64,000 nucleotides of DNA from Neoconidiobolus thromboides FSU 785 (Eukaryota > Fungi > Entomophthoromycota). Location of the stretch: positions 259,457-323,456 of the forward strand of contig MU626258.1 in assembly GCA_025603075.1 (NCBI GenBank), read 5' to 3'. Shown piece after piece: positions 12,752-28,044 of the stretch. Made by a program: the position numbers and the translations under genes. The notes under the pieces are model-generated. The model was given only the letters and a program-made list of their open reading frames with translations, was not told the origin of the DNA and searched no databases. Position 1 is the stretch's first letter. The number at the start of each line of letters is the position of its first letter.

Positions 12752-12849
12752 GAGGATGTTCTTTTCGATTTAATTACTTTTTCCACCTTTAAGCGCTATT
12801 TGAGCAGAAAGATTTTTAGTAAAATTCTTAAACAAAAAAATATATTTTC
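12752..12849. mobile_element. MITE-like element copy
   Basis: atat|gaggatgtt...aagcgctatttgagcagaaa...tatattttc. Confidence 0.85.
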
Positions 12850-13409
12850 ATACTCAAAATTTTGTTCAGTTTTAAACAGTTTGAAATTTCAATAAGTTAT
12901 TAAGTAAATTGTTGAGCAAAAAAACATTCTCATTTAGTATTTGAAACAACTCATGTTTACTAATATAAATACTAGAAATAGAAATGCTTATCCTATTTAT
13001 GATATTATTAAAAATAGTTTTACAAAATTTTCTAAGATATAGTTATTTAAAATCATTGACATTATAAAAATAATATATCGCTTATAAAACTTCATGTTTT
13101 TTGTAAAGCAAAGGATTTTCTTTAAAAGTTGTTTTAAATACAAATCATTGGGGAAATAATTATATTTTTATGAAAAAGATATAAATAAATGTTTTAATTA
13201 AATTTGAATTGATTGATATCTTTTAAAAAGATAGTGATAGTAAATATTAATTTTCTCATATCCATTAATTAAATTTGATTTTCAATCTCAACATCTAAAT
13301 AATAGAACAAAACCCGATTCTATCCTAAAAATCCCATAATAAAGCTACCATCAAACTAAAAATTCTATCTCCCTTCAATACTTCAATTTTCCGTCAAACA
13401 ATCAAAAAC

Positions 13410-13805
13410 ATGAGTTATCAACTAAAGCAATTCGGAACTATCATCAAGAGCAACCGCGAGAATCGACGTAACTATTATAATATTTTCCGAAATGTGGAAG
13501 GGCACTTATTAGGAGGAAAACAAGTATTAAGTGGTAACAACAAACCTCATAGTAATCATAAAACAAAACGTAAATGGTTTCCCAATGTAACTAAAAAAAG
13601 CTTATTTTCAGAATTGATGGGGAAGAGTTATAATTTAACCGTAAGTATGGCTGCTTTAAGGACTATTGATAAAAAAGGTGGTTTGGATAATTATTTGTTA
13701 GAGACCAGTGATGAGAATTTAAAAAGTCAATGGGGAAGTCAAATGAAAATGGAGTTGAAGAAAAAGAAACAAGAGATAGAAAATAAAGAGGAAAACCAAG
13801 TATAG
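13410..13805 (+). CDS. MRPL28: Mitochondrial ribosomal protein bL28m
   Basis: L28 signature GNNKPHSNHKTKRKWFPNV...ALRTIDKKGGLDNYLL. Confidence 0.93.
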   Translation: MSYQLKQFGTIIKSNRENRRNYYNIFRNVEGHLLGGKQVLSGNNKPHSNHKTKRKWFPNVTKKSLFSELMGKSYNLTVSMAALRTIDKKGGLDNYLLETSDENLKSQWGSQMKMELKKKKQEIENKEENQV

Positions 13806-14101
13806 TGGATTGAAATAGGACCTGTTTTTATTATTAGATTATGATTAGTAAACTAAATTAGTAACTTTATATTTTTTAAATTTTAATTTAATTTTTCAAT
13901 TGATTTATTTCAATTTAATATAATTAACTATAGTTGAAAATTAGAATACAATTATTCTCATAATAATAAATAAACAAAATTATTTAAAATAATATATAAA
14001 AGGTAGTTCTATTATTCATAATAATATTTAAAAAATTCTCCAATTTTATTTTAATCTTTAATAAAAACAATCATGATTCAATAAGAATTTTCAACAACTG
14101 A

Positions 14102-17186
<3,085 letters not shown>

Positions 17187-17795
17187 TTTATGGAATATTT
17201 TATATTATTATTATTAGTTGATACAAGTTAGTTATTGTTATTTAAAATGAAATAAAATGTTATCGTTGATCTTTTTGAATATATTAACTTTTGAATTTTT
17301 AATTGTTTTTTAAATTTATTTTTGATTTAGATATATTAACCAATTAGATGACAGGAATGAGAATATAATTAGTTGGTGTTATTAGATTTGTTAATTTATT
17401 AAGTGGATTTTTAGAACATTTTTGAAATTTATTAATCTTTTTTAAAAATAAATTAACATTAATAAATAGAAATAAAAATAGAATGTATCAATAGTAAATA
17501 AAATTAAAAATAGTTTATATTTATAAATTAATATTCTAATTTTATATGTTTCAAATAATAATTTAAAATTTTTATTAGCATTATTGAAAAAAAATCCTTC
17601 TATCTATTAGTATTCACCAATAAAATAATTTATCAAGATTATTAACATTTAAAATTGCCAACACATCTTATCGTTGATTGGTTAACTTAAGATTCACCTA
17701 AATTTAAAGCTAGTCACTTAATTTGTTTATGAAACCTATTTTTTCATAACTTTATTTTCTATCGATTTATTAAAAGAATAAATTTATTAAATTAG

Positions 17796-18819
17796 ATGAT
17801 ACAAAATCAACTTGTACAATGGTTCTTTGATATACCTGTAGTTACTAGATTGTATTTTACAACTACTTTATTATTAACTGCGTCAATTGTGAGTTTTATT
17901 ATTTAGTATAAAAGTTACATTTAAAAATAAGTCAACTAAATACTAATCTTTTTTTAATTTAGTCCCTAAATTTATTGTCTTATTTTCAAATTTATTTAAA
18001 TTATAAATTAGTGTTTGAAGAATTTCAAGTAAGTGTTATTAATACTATAATCTATTTATATGAAAAAAGAATATGAATTAATTAAATTTTATTATTATTA
18101 GATATGGCGTTTATTTACCAATTTTTTTTATTTTGGCAAATTAGATATGGAATGGTTTTTTTACATGTTTTTTTTGTAAGTTTTCATCCATCTATTTATA
18201 TTAATTAATATAATTCAATATATATACTAAAATATTAATTAATAATATTTATATAGTATAAATTATTCCCGTATGTTAGAAGAGGGTAGTTTTTATGGAA
18301 GAACAGCGGATTTTTGCTTTATGTTAATTTACTTTGCTTCTTCATTTTTAGTAAGTTGATTGTTTCCTATCATTTTAAAACCCATTGAATATTAATTATT
18401 AATTATTAACCCATATAGGTAATAGGTCCCTTTTTAAAAGTGCCCTTTCTTTCAACCCTCCTAACTTTTGCTCTAACCTATGTTTGGTCACGAAAATCGC
18501 CGGATGTGCAACTAGCCTTTCTGGGGTTATTTACATTCCATGCGCCTTATTTACCATTTGTATTAGTTAGTATGAGTGCTATATTTCAAAAACAGATACC
18601 TTATCTCCATTTAATTTCCATGTTTGTGGGCCATGTTTATTACTTTTTAGATGACGTTTGGCCATCCCAACCATCCTCAAGGGGTGTTAGATATCTCGCT
18701 GCTCCTAGGTTTGTGTAAGTTTATTATTATTAATGATGAAGACAAGTATTAATATATTTTTTAGGAAAGTACTATTTGAACAACAAAACCAACAACAGGT
18801 CCATGAACATGAAGATTAA
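17796..18819 (+). CDS. DER1: Derlin (Der1-type ERAD rhomboid pseudoprotease)
   Basis: Spliced motifs IPVVTRLY, IWRLFTNFFYFG, YSRMLEEGSFYGRTADF, YVWSRK, FHAPYLPFVL, GHVYYFLDDV; short tail without an SHP box. Confidence 0.93.
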
Positions 18820-19067
18820 TTTAAGAGCTTTTTTATGAATATTAAAAATTTTATTTTGCTTTATTAAAAGTTTGATTTTACTTTGGCTATTTATTGCAAT
18901 TTATTTATTCTATCAAAATTTATATTAAAAAATAAAATTGTATAAAAAGAACAAAATTTAATGAATTCCCCTAATGATTTTTGATCCTAATTTAATCGAA
19001 CAGTTGAACAAATCATAGTCCAAAATAAATTTAACTTTATTTCAATTTATTTTCTAAATATAACAAA

Positions 19068-19517
19068 ATGCCACGTCCATACGAACATCAAGTGTTTCCC
19101 CGAGTACCCGATTTTAATGATGCTGATTTTGATCCCAAAAATCCAGTTGGTAAATTTCAATTCTACTCTTCACCGTAACAATAAACTAACTTTAATCTAA
19201 ACATAATTAATTTTTAATTACTTTTATTTTTTTTACTTTAGCCATTATTGAAGCTCGAGCCCAAAGAGTACGTGAAGATTGGGTAAAGGTCTATGAAGCA
19301 AGAATTATTCGACAAAGTTTAGTTCAATGTTATAAGACAGAAAGTGTTAATCATTACCAACATTGTCGTCATTTAGCTGAAGCTTATTTACAACGTTTAC
19401 AAAAAAATCGAGTTGGTGGCGAACGTCGTGGACCTTCAGAACATGTAAGAACATTTTTAAAAGAAGTTTTATTAAAGATGTTAATGTTTCTTTTTCTAGA
19501 ATGCTAAGTTAAATTAA
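19068..19517 (+). CDS. NDUFB10: Complex I accessory subunit NDUFB10 (PDSW/NIDM)
   Basis: 3 exons; VREDWVKVYEARIIRQSLVQCYKTESVNHYQHCRHLAEAYL matches the CY...VNH...C pattern. Confidence 0.88.
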
Positions 19518-20020
19518 ACAATGGTTAGAATTGGAGATTTTATTAAAGGAACTGTTAAAATTTTTTCGATTTTTAAGTGATTTTTTTTCGATTTTAATGG
19601 AACTGAAGTGTTATTTTTATAGAAAAAATCAAAAGATGATTGTTTAATAGAAATAGGATTATACATTCATTTTATTATTAATGTTAAATACTTTTCAATT
19701 AGAAATCAATAGAATTTAAATAAAGTTTATGCTATGATTTATGATTAAATTATTATTATGGTTATATTTTGATAATTTTAATATTTTATAAAATTTGATT
19801 TATTTTATTCATAGTTAATAATTTTAATATATTATATCATTGGAATATTACAATAAAGTATTATAATTACTTAATAATTAGTCAGTTCATTTTTTAACTT
19901 TAGTTAATTCCACCAATAAAAACTGATGATTTAATAATAAGATACTAAATAAATAAAATTCATCTAAGTTAATAAACATTTAACTTCTTATTTACTCAAC
20001 GTTAATTTCAATCTCCAAAA

Positions 20021-20825
20021 ATGAAAATATATATTATCCCCATCCTTAAAGGCCGATATGGCTTATACTGTTCTTCTAATATTAAATCGAGTGGAATAGT
20101 AGGTAAAGGAATTGATTATGCTAGTAGAAAATGGGAACAATTATCTTTAGCAAAACCAACTACAATTAAATATAAATTATATCAATGGGGTTTAAAAGTA
20201 TTAGATAAAGTAGAGCATAATGAAACTTTTTTTAAAAGTATACCATCAATACAAGAATTTGAACTAAATAATAAGGAGAGTAACAAAAATAAAAATGATA
20301 AGGTAAAAATAATAACTTAAAAAATGATCATTTCAACTCACATATTAATAAATCTTAATCATTCTTTTTTAGATTCCGATTGTATATCCAAAAGCATTTA
20401 ATAGTGAGGAACTAATGAAAAAACTCACATCTATGTCTCTCTATCGTGAACAATATCATCAAAAATATTATTATCTAAGCGTATTAACCTTACCATTAAC
20501 TAGTTTATTTAGTATTTTACCTTTACCCAATATTCCTTTCTTTTATAACGCCTTTCGAACTTATTCTCATTTTAAAGCTTTTCATGGGGCAAAACATTTA
20601 AACTTATTAATTAAACAAAATAGATGTGAATTGATTACAGAAGATAAAATAGATAGACATTTAAACGATTTAGATAAAAGATTGAAGAAAGAGGATCCAG
20701 AACTACCATTAGTGGATAAAGATAGTATTAAATGGTTAGCTAAAGATTTGGATTTACCTCAAATGGAAACGGAAATTAACAGAGCTTGGAAACAGGAAAT
20801 GGAACAAATTAAAAAATCTAATTGA
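20021..20825 (+). CDS. Mitochondrial K+/H+ exchange-related protein (Mit_KHE1, YDL183C-like)
   Basis: 2 exons; KWEQL...KLYQWG...ETFFKSIP and LPLPNIPFFYNAFRTYSHFKAFHGAKHL match the family as recalled. Confidence 0.8.
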
Positions 20826-21229
20826 TTTCTATAAAATTAAAGTGTGGGGATTAAAGTAGTTTTATTATATAGTAATTATTTTTGATGTTATTATAAATAT
20901 TAAGTTAAAGATTGTTTTTAATATGAGCTTGATTCGTCTTTGTAGACTTTAATAAATTTTACATTTGATGTGATTAATCGTATTCTAATTGATAGATCCA
21001 ATATTTTATTTAATTAAAATATAGATTAAATATGAAACTCATCTAATTTATAATAGTTTAATAGAAACTTAGTATATTAAAAATCAAATGTTTATAATTT
21101 ATAATATAAAGTAAAAACATGTTTTTTTATTAATAATTTTTCAAACTTAAACTTCAATAATGATAATAAGGTGATTTTCATCTATTAAAATTAAAATAGA
21201 AGAGTTATTAATTGTTATAGCAAAGTAAG

Positions 21230-22022
21230 ATATAAACAATCATTCATTAAAAAGTATATTTATAATAATGTTATATTTTAAACTCTAAAATACGAATAAA
21301 CTTAAAATATTAATTTTATTATGTGCAAAGTTCAATTTTAAAAACAACGTTAGTTAAAAGTTATTTATATACCAAATTAATTCGTAAAATAGAACAAAAC
21401 CAAGAAAACCATTAATTAAGTTTATATAGGGACTGTAGCTATCTTGAAGTGAGATACTCCTTCATTATTGTCCCTAGAGATGATAAAAATATCAGGCTAT
21501 ATAGGAATAAACAGCTATCCTTTAAGTTAAGCTTGATTCTACAGGAACTTTTCTAACGAATATACTACTCTGGCTTAGACCCAGGACCTCAAACTTTTAG
21601 TTAGTAACAAATACCTTTTTTTAAGTGTTAATATACATGATAAAATGAGCCAAGTATTTTCTGGTTTTCATTCTATCTTTATGAATTTCTTAGATTGCTG
21701 CTTTTACTAATTGCTTTTCAATAAATATTAATCTATAAGAGAATAGGCTGGATTTTGTTAACGTAATTTGACTTAATTTTAATAATTCTACAAAACCCTT
21801 TTTTCCCGGATTAATAATCTGGATCTCATACAAAACTTTTATTATATCAACATTGATTCAATCGCAGCTCCGCCCTCACATAATAGCCTATTTTCTGAAA
21901 TGATTAAGTTTAATTTAAAAAAAGATAAATCTTCCCTACGATTACTTCAAAGTCTTATAGAAAGTATACTACGCTAAAGCCTTTAGATTTCCTTCAGAAA
22001 TATCTAAAGATCGCTTTTTCAT
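21230..22022 (-). mobile_element. Decayed IS630/Tc1-mariner-like transposase relic
   Basis: Stop-riddled frame from ATG 22022: GRS..., NP, ITLTKSSLF, KQLVKAA*EIHKDRMKTRKY, KKVFVTN*KF (approx. LVFIDESGF), then frameshifted IISRDNNEGVSHFKI. Similarity judged by eye. Confidence 0.5.
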
Positions 22023-23183
22023 CAATTTTAGTTTTTTTGCATATCAGTGCTTACCTTGTAGGTCAACTATGTTTAGAAGAAAATGTTAATTATCTGTATT
22101 ATTTACATTGGTTAATTAAATAGTTCAATTTCAAACCGATTAATTATTAAAACGAAATAAGAAATTTTCACACTAAAAAGAATCAATATTAAATGTTTTA
22201 TTAGCTACATACAAATAAGAGATATATCAATTTACTCAACTTAGTAGATTAATTGCTCAATGGAGTACCTTTTGGTAAGATAGGAATACTTTTACAAAAA
22301 CAAGTCCTCAAAGATTTGAATAGTCAAAGCATTGTATATTTGATGCTCAGTTTTAGAGGTACTTTCTACTGATTTTTAAGTATCGGAAAATCACTAGAAA
22401 AAAGGATTGAAAGGAAGGGTCAAAACTGACGAATTCCAAAACTTTTATGGATTGTTTAAAGATCAAGATTAAGATTAAGACAAAAGCTTATACAAGGATG
22501 ATATTTAACTAAGGAAAGAAATAAAACATCTATAAACCCCATTGACAATACACACTATTATGAAAATAATACAGCTTTAATTCTATAAATTTAAAGCCAT
22601 AAAATCAGGTTATATAAAGTAACACAAGAGTAAGGGATTGTGAAATTTGGCAGATGATAATAAAAGTAAATATTAGATTTGGGTTGAAGCATTATAATAA
22701 TATAAAGTGAGGTAAAAATTAAGCAAGCAGTTGAATTGATTCTAAATTTAATAGTCAAATTAATCAAACTTTATTATTATTTTCGCTATTTAAAATCAGC
22801 CTTATTTGTTAGTAAAGTCCAAATAAATTTTTGAAAAAAAAAATAGAGCTTCTTATTATATATGTATTATTTTTTCCCGATTAAAACCTATAGTTTTATT
22901 TATTTATTATATTGTTTATTATTTTTTATTATTAAAATATCAATAACATTTGGCAAAAGAAATTCCAATTCGTATAATTTAAAAATATTTAAAAAATTAG
23001 AAAAAAAAAATCATTGCTAAAAATAGAAAATTTACTTTTAAAACTAAAATTTTAAATTATAGGGCGGCTTGGAATTAAATCTTTTCCATTGCTTTTAATT
23101 TGGAGTTAAGGTACCTTAATATAATTTAAGAATATGCAAAAGATATAATTTTTAAACTCATACTGAAAAAATTGACTATAAAG

Positions 23184-23223
23184 TAAAAATAAAAATAAAA
23201 ATAAAAATAAAAATAAAAATAAA
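23184..23223. repeat. (TAAAAA)n microsatellite; a similar tract lies at 28213-28247
   Basis: Direct reading. Confidence 0.9.
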
Positions 23224-23635
23224 GCAAAGCTTTTTTGTAGCTTCAAGGAATGAGCATAATCATATTTATTAATCAAACTAAAAAAAATCAAAAACAATTT
23301 TTTTTAATATATTGAACAAAGTTAAAATCATAAGTTAAATTATTAAAGTGCATAATAAAATATAACATCACAAACTATTAGGTCGGCTTTCATATGCACC
23401 ATTTTCTTCATAAAATAAGTCAAGTATAGTATAAAAGTAGGATAAAAAAGTAAAGAGAATAGTAAAGATAAAAATTTGATATAAAACTTTTAAAAAAATA
23501 TAATCTAAAATTTTTATTTAATATAGATCCTAAGTTTTAAATTGAGTAAGTAATTATTTTCAGGATAAAAAAATAAAACTATTTTATTAGTTTTTTATAA
23601 AAATAATTACCTATTTAATTTGAGATTTAGAATAT

Positions 23636-23831
23636 GAGGGTGTTTTTTTTAATTTCATTACTTTCCCATTTTTTAAGCGCTATTCGAGCGGAAAGATTGT
23701 TAGTAAAATTGTTAAACACAAAAATATATCCTCATATATTGGTGATGTTTTTGGTTTCATTACTTTCTCCATTTTTTAAGCGCTATTTGAGTGGAAAGAC
23801 TATTACTAAAATTCTCAAATGAAAAATACAT
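23636..23831. mobile_element. Tandem pair of MITE-like copies (23636-23733 and 23741-23831)
   Basis: Two direct copies of the core separated by atatatt. Confidence 0.88.
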
Positions 23832-24947
23832 ATATGTTAAATAAAATCTGTAAATTATATTTAGGTAAGTTTAAAGCTTAGTTGAAATTAAAGGTAAAGT
23901 CTTTCATTTTCTATGTAGTCTAACTTTTCAAATTTTCAAACAAATACTGGATAAAAAAACGCTTCTATATGAGTATTTTAAATTGAGCAAAAAAGTAAAT
24001 ACTTTCATAGCATTTTATAATTAATTTGCAATTTTTGCTAAAATTTAAATTGAACAAAAATTGAACAGAGCTTTTAAACTAACCCACTTACTTATATAAA
24101 AAAACATACATTAAATTTTCATTTTTTTATTTTTACTTTACTTTTAACCTTTTTGATCCACCCTCGTATTTAATCTGAATTTAAGATAATCAATAACTAT
24201 TACAATGACTTGAGATTTGATTTCAATAACTAATCTGCTAAATTACATCTAGATACCTAGGAGCTATAAAGAACAACTGGTCACATTTAGAAAAAACCCA
24301 CATCTACATTAATGTATATAACATTAAAAGATATACTACATGAAACTATTTTGCGGAATATTAAAAACAAATCAAAGCATGGGTTTGGTGGAAATTTAGT
24401 TTTAAATGTAAAGCTTAATCTGAGTAACAGTCAAGGTAAAAGGAATCACATTATCCAAAACATTAAATAAATTATTATGGTAAAAATGAGTTATCCTAGA
24501 AGAATCACAAGATAACCCAATGTTTGAATGACCAGTTTCTATTAACTGAAATAAAGTAAAGTCAAATTCTAGGCTTTAATAGTAATATTTTATTATGTTA
24601 TTTAATATTGATGGTTTACATGTTTTTTTTCAAAACTAACATGTTTTAGGGCTACTTGAGCATCTATAAAGAATATGGATAAAAAATAGTTCGATCCTCT
24701 CGAAACATGATATATCTTTGACCCTCAACAGCAACAATTTGATTAATAGTTTAGATGTAAAATATTAACACCCATAAACACCCTAAATTCCGTAAAAATA
24801 TGAAATAACACTTATTTATTATAAAACGTAAATCAAGTACTTTATAACTTATGTAAATGTATTAGAACAGTGTTATAATATATTTGTAGCCTCGTTTCCA
24901 ATTTTATTGATCCTTTTTAAAATCTATTAACATGGATTTAGAAAAGT

Positions 24948-25044
24948 GGAAAAACGTGATGTGGTATAAATATTTGCCCAGCTACTACAAAGATGAAAAA
25001 AATTGCTAGCAACTGGGCAGATGTTCCGCGCCGTCACACTTTCC
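24948..25044 (+). ncRNA. Candidate structured ncRNA (long GC-rich hairpin)
   Basis: 13-bp stem 24969-24981/25013-25025 with 2 G-U pairs, plus outer stems; family not assigned. Confidence 0.3.
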
Positions 25045-25577
25045 CTCAACATCAAATCCACGTTGCATATTGAAATATCTATGAATTCCAATTTCTTATT
25101 TTAACGTAAGGTTATATAAAGAAATATTAACTATTTTGTTAGTTTTAAAAGATAATGATAAATTGTAACCTACTTTCTATCGAAGGCTTAAAACCTTAAA
25201 AACAAATGAACATAAAACAAAAATTTTATTTATATTTTTAAAGTTTTGGTTCCAAATAATAATTATTTTTTGAACAAAATGAGTGAGTTATTAATTAGAA
25301 GTTTAACTAAAATAGCAATAGGCTTTAGATTAAAATTTAAAAAATTATTTTAGTATACTTACATTTTTACATATCCCTTTTCCAGTATAAACACTACTAT
25401 AAATCAGGCTAATTAGTACTTTATCCCAAGATCAAAATCTCACTATCGTGCTATCATTAATGGTTTTAAATGTTAAAAAAATACCATGATAAAGCAAATA
25501 AATTTATTAAGGTGCGAAATAGTTAGTAAGTAAATTTTATTAAAACGAAAATAAATTAATAAGAAATTAGGATGTGA

Positions 25578-25943
25578 TCAACATAATAGAAAACTAATTG
25601 AGTGCCTATTTGAATTCTGTTCGCCATTTGATTCATACGTTTCACTTGGCATTGTTTCTGAGGAACTTATATCTTTTTCTGGTGTCAATGCACTAGTATT
25701 ACTTTTTGATTTTTTATTTGACTTCTTAGTTTTAGGAACTATGGAAAAACGGTTAAGGTGAGATGCTAACTTGATATCTTTAGGACGATGAGATCTAGGG
25801 GGTTTACTATCATATTTACAAACTAGGTTACGACGTAGGCATTTATCACAACAGCCTTTAGCTTTATTACATTTTAGACGATTTGCTTGGCAGTACATGC
25901 ATTTGTAGGGATGTGTCACGAGAGCTTCATCGAGGTATTCCAT
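25578..25943 (-). CDS. Small Zn(2)-Cys(6) binuclear cluster transcription factor (~121 aa)
   Basis: CMYCQANRLKCNKAKGCCDKCLRRNLVC then basic linker YDSKPPRSHRPK; likely ATG at 25943 (alternative 25994). Confidence 0.85.
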   Translation of the reverse strand: MEYLDEALVTHPYKCMYCQANRLKCNKAKGCCDKCLRRNLVCKYDSKPPRSHRPKDIKLASHLNRFSIVPKTKKSNKKSKSNTSALTPEKDISSSETMPSETYESNGEQNSNRHSISFLLC

Positions 25944-27949
25944 TTTAAAATCATTTTTAAAGTCAAAGTTAACTGAAATGAAGTCTTTGCACATATTGAT
26001 AAATATCAAACTATTGTATCAAAGGGAATTCGACCACTATTTATATACTTTTACTCTTCTACTCAATTATTGCTCATACTTTTTTTAGAAATCTCCCCAC
26101 CTCCTTAGTGCTATGATTAAATAGAATACAAATTGAATTTTATGCGCGCGCAAAAAGGTCTTAAAAGAATAACAATTACTATTAAAAGTAGCAAAGATTT
26201 CCAATTTAATTTAAAAATCTAATGACCTCCAAGTATGGCAAATTTATATCGCATCCCATAAATAGCAATAATCGTTTTATTTATTTTAAAAGGCAATTCC
26301 TATTCGCTTTCCCTGAATAATTGAAATTAGTATGATCAGAGTAGCCATTTTTATTTAAAAATGATAATACCGCTTGTAGTAAGTTACGGGTATTTCACCA
26401 TTTACTAAACAAAATTCGATTAGAATTCTTAATCTATTACTTTTACTCAATGCTAAAAGTTTAATCGGTATTCCTGTTAAAAATTTTAAGTTTAATATCA
26501 ATAAATTGAGATAAATAAATAAATTTAAAATAAGAAGATAAAATGTATTCATTAATGTGAAGAAAATTAACTTGCTCGTCTTAGTGTTTGCGTGATATTT
26601 ATAAAGAAATTTAATACCCACTTACAAGGGTTGGGTGTTAAGTAAATCTACTACATTGTTATAATAGGAATAGATACATCACAAGTAAATTTTTAATTAA
26701 ATATGGTGTCAATATTATTGACGGCAATTCTCTAAATTAAGCAAATTTATTAGACAACATTAAATTTATAGATTCAAGAATAATAAAAAATGAGGGATAA
26801 CTTATGGGTTAATACTTTTAATTGATTAATAATATAACAATTTATGTAGGGATTAATGCTTCATTATTTTGATTGATGGGTTAATATATCTTTCGAATCT
26901 TGTTTTTATTTCAACCATAGCTTACATAGAAGCGTGATTATTATATCTTTAATAGTGATAATTTCAATTAATTGAATAAAGAGAAGTAAATTAAAATTAC
27001 TTTTCAGGATGTTTTTTGCATCAAAAATCAGCTTAAAGTTTTTAGAGTTTTAAGCTACTTGCAAAGTGAACAAAATGCAGAAACAAAAAAGATAACCCAT
27101 ACGGATTTTAAAGGAGGGTTTATGCAATTTCCTGTTTTATTATAATTTCAATATTTAAGTATTTGTATAAAAGTTATTGACTTGAGGTAAACACAGGTTA
27201 TTAATACATTTTTAATTTCTAAAAATTTATATTTTAATGATAAAATTGGTTAAATTTATCTTTTTATGAACAATTAATATGATTTCATTAAATAGTTATT
27301 AAAAAAACTAATGTATTGAGTCCATTTTTTAACAAACAATGATAAATTATTTTATATATTGATACTCAAGATCACTTATTATACTTTAACTTGATTTCAT
27401 ATAACAGTAAATAAACTTTCAATATTCAAAACTATATAAGTAAAGCATATAACTAATTTAAGATTAGTGTTACTTAAACTTAGTTCAGGCAGCCCAAATC
27501 AAAGTGTTAATTAAATTGGATACTTTATAAAATTTGATTTAATATTATTAGCATAAAACTATGAAAGCCAACCTCGTTGATTTAAATTATTCATATTGTC
27601 TTTTGTGGCAGGATTTCCTTTTTAAATTAGGTAAGTTTTGGAAATTACTATATATGGTAATTTATTTTCTTCTAATATTAGCAAATCAACTTACGTCTTC
27701 GTCTATACGATTTTGTAGCTTAAGGGTTTACAACCACTTTGTATTATCTATTAGTTGGAGTTTTGCTCCGTTGCTATGCTCAGGGTAAATTGTAGTGTAT
27801 GTTTTACCGAGTTGAGTTTATAGTTGATGCTAATATACTATTTTGAAAGTGTTTTTAAGTATCTATTAAAAGATTAGTATTATGTTAACACATAAAATCA
27901 ACTCTGTGGCTTCATATTTAATACACGTAAATGCTAAATTTAAATAAGT

Positions 27950-28044
27950 GAGGATGTTTTTTTTGATTTCATCACTTTTTCTATTTTTTAAGCACTATTT
28001 AAATGGAAAAGCTATTAGCAAAATTCTTAAAAAAATACATCCCC
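27950..28044. mobile_element. MITE-like element copy
   Basis: gaggatgttt...aagcactattt...aatacatcccc|ata. Confidence 0.85.

Noticed and set aside
25500-25580. TGT-TGA (Cys-Sec-like) end of the mini Zn2Cys6 ORF
   Set aside because: No SECIS-like AUGA/AA/GA geometry downstream on that strand, and the read-through sequence looks like UTR.
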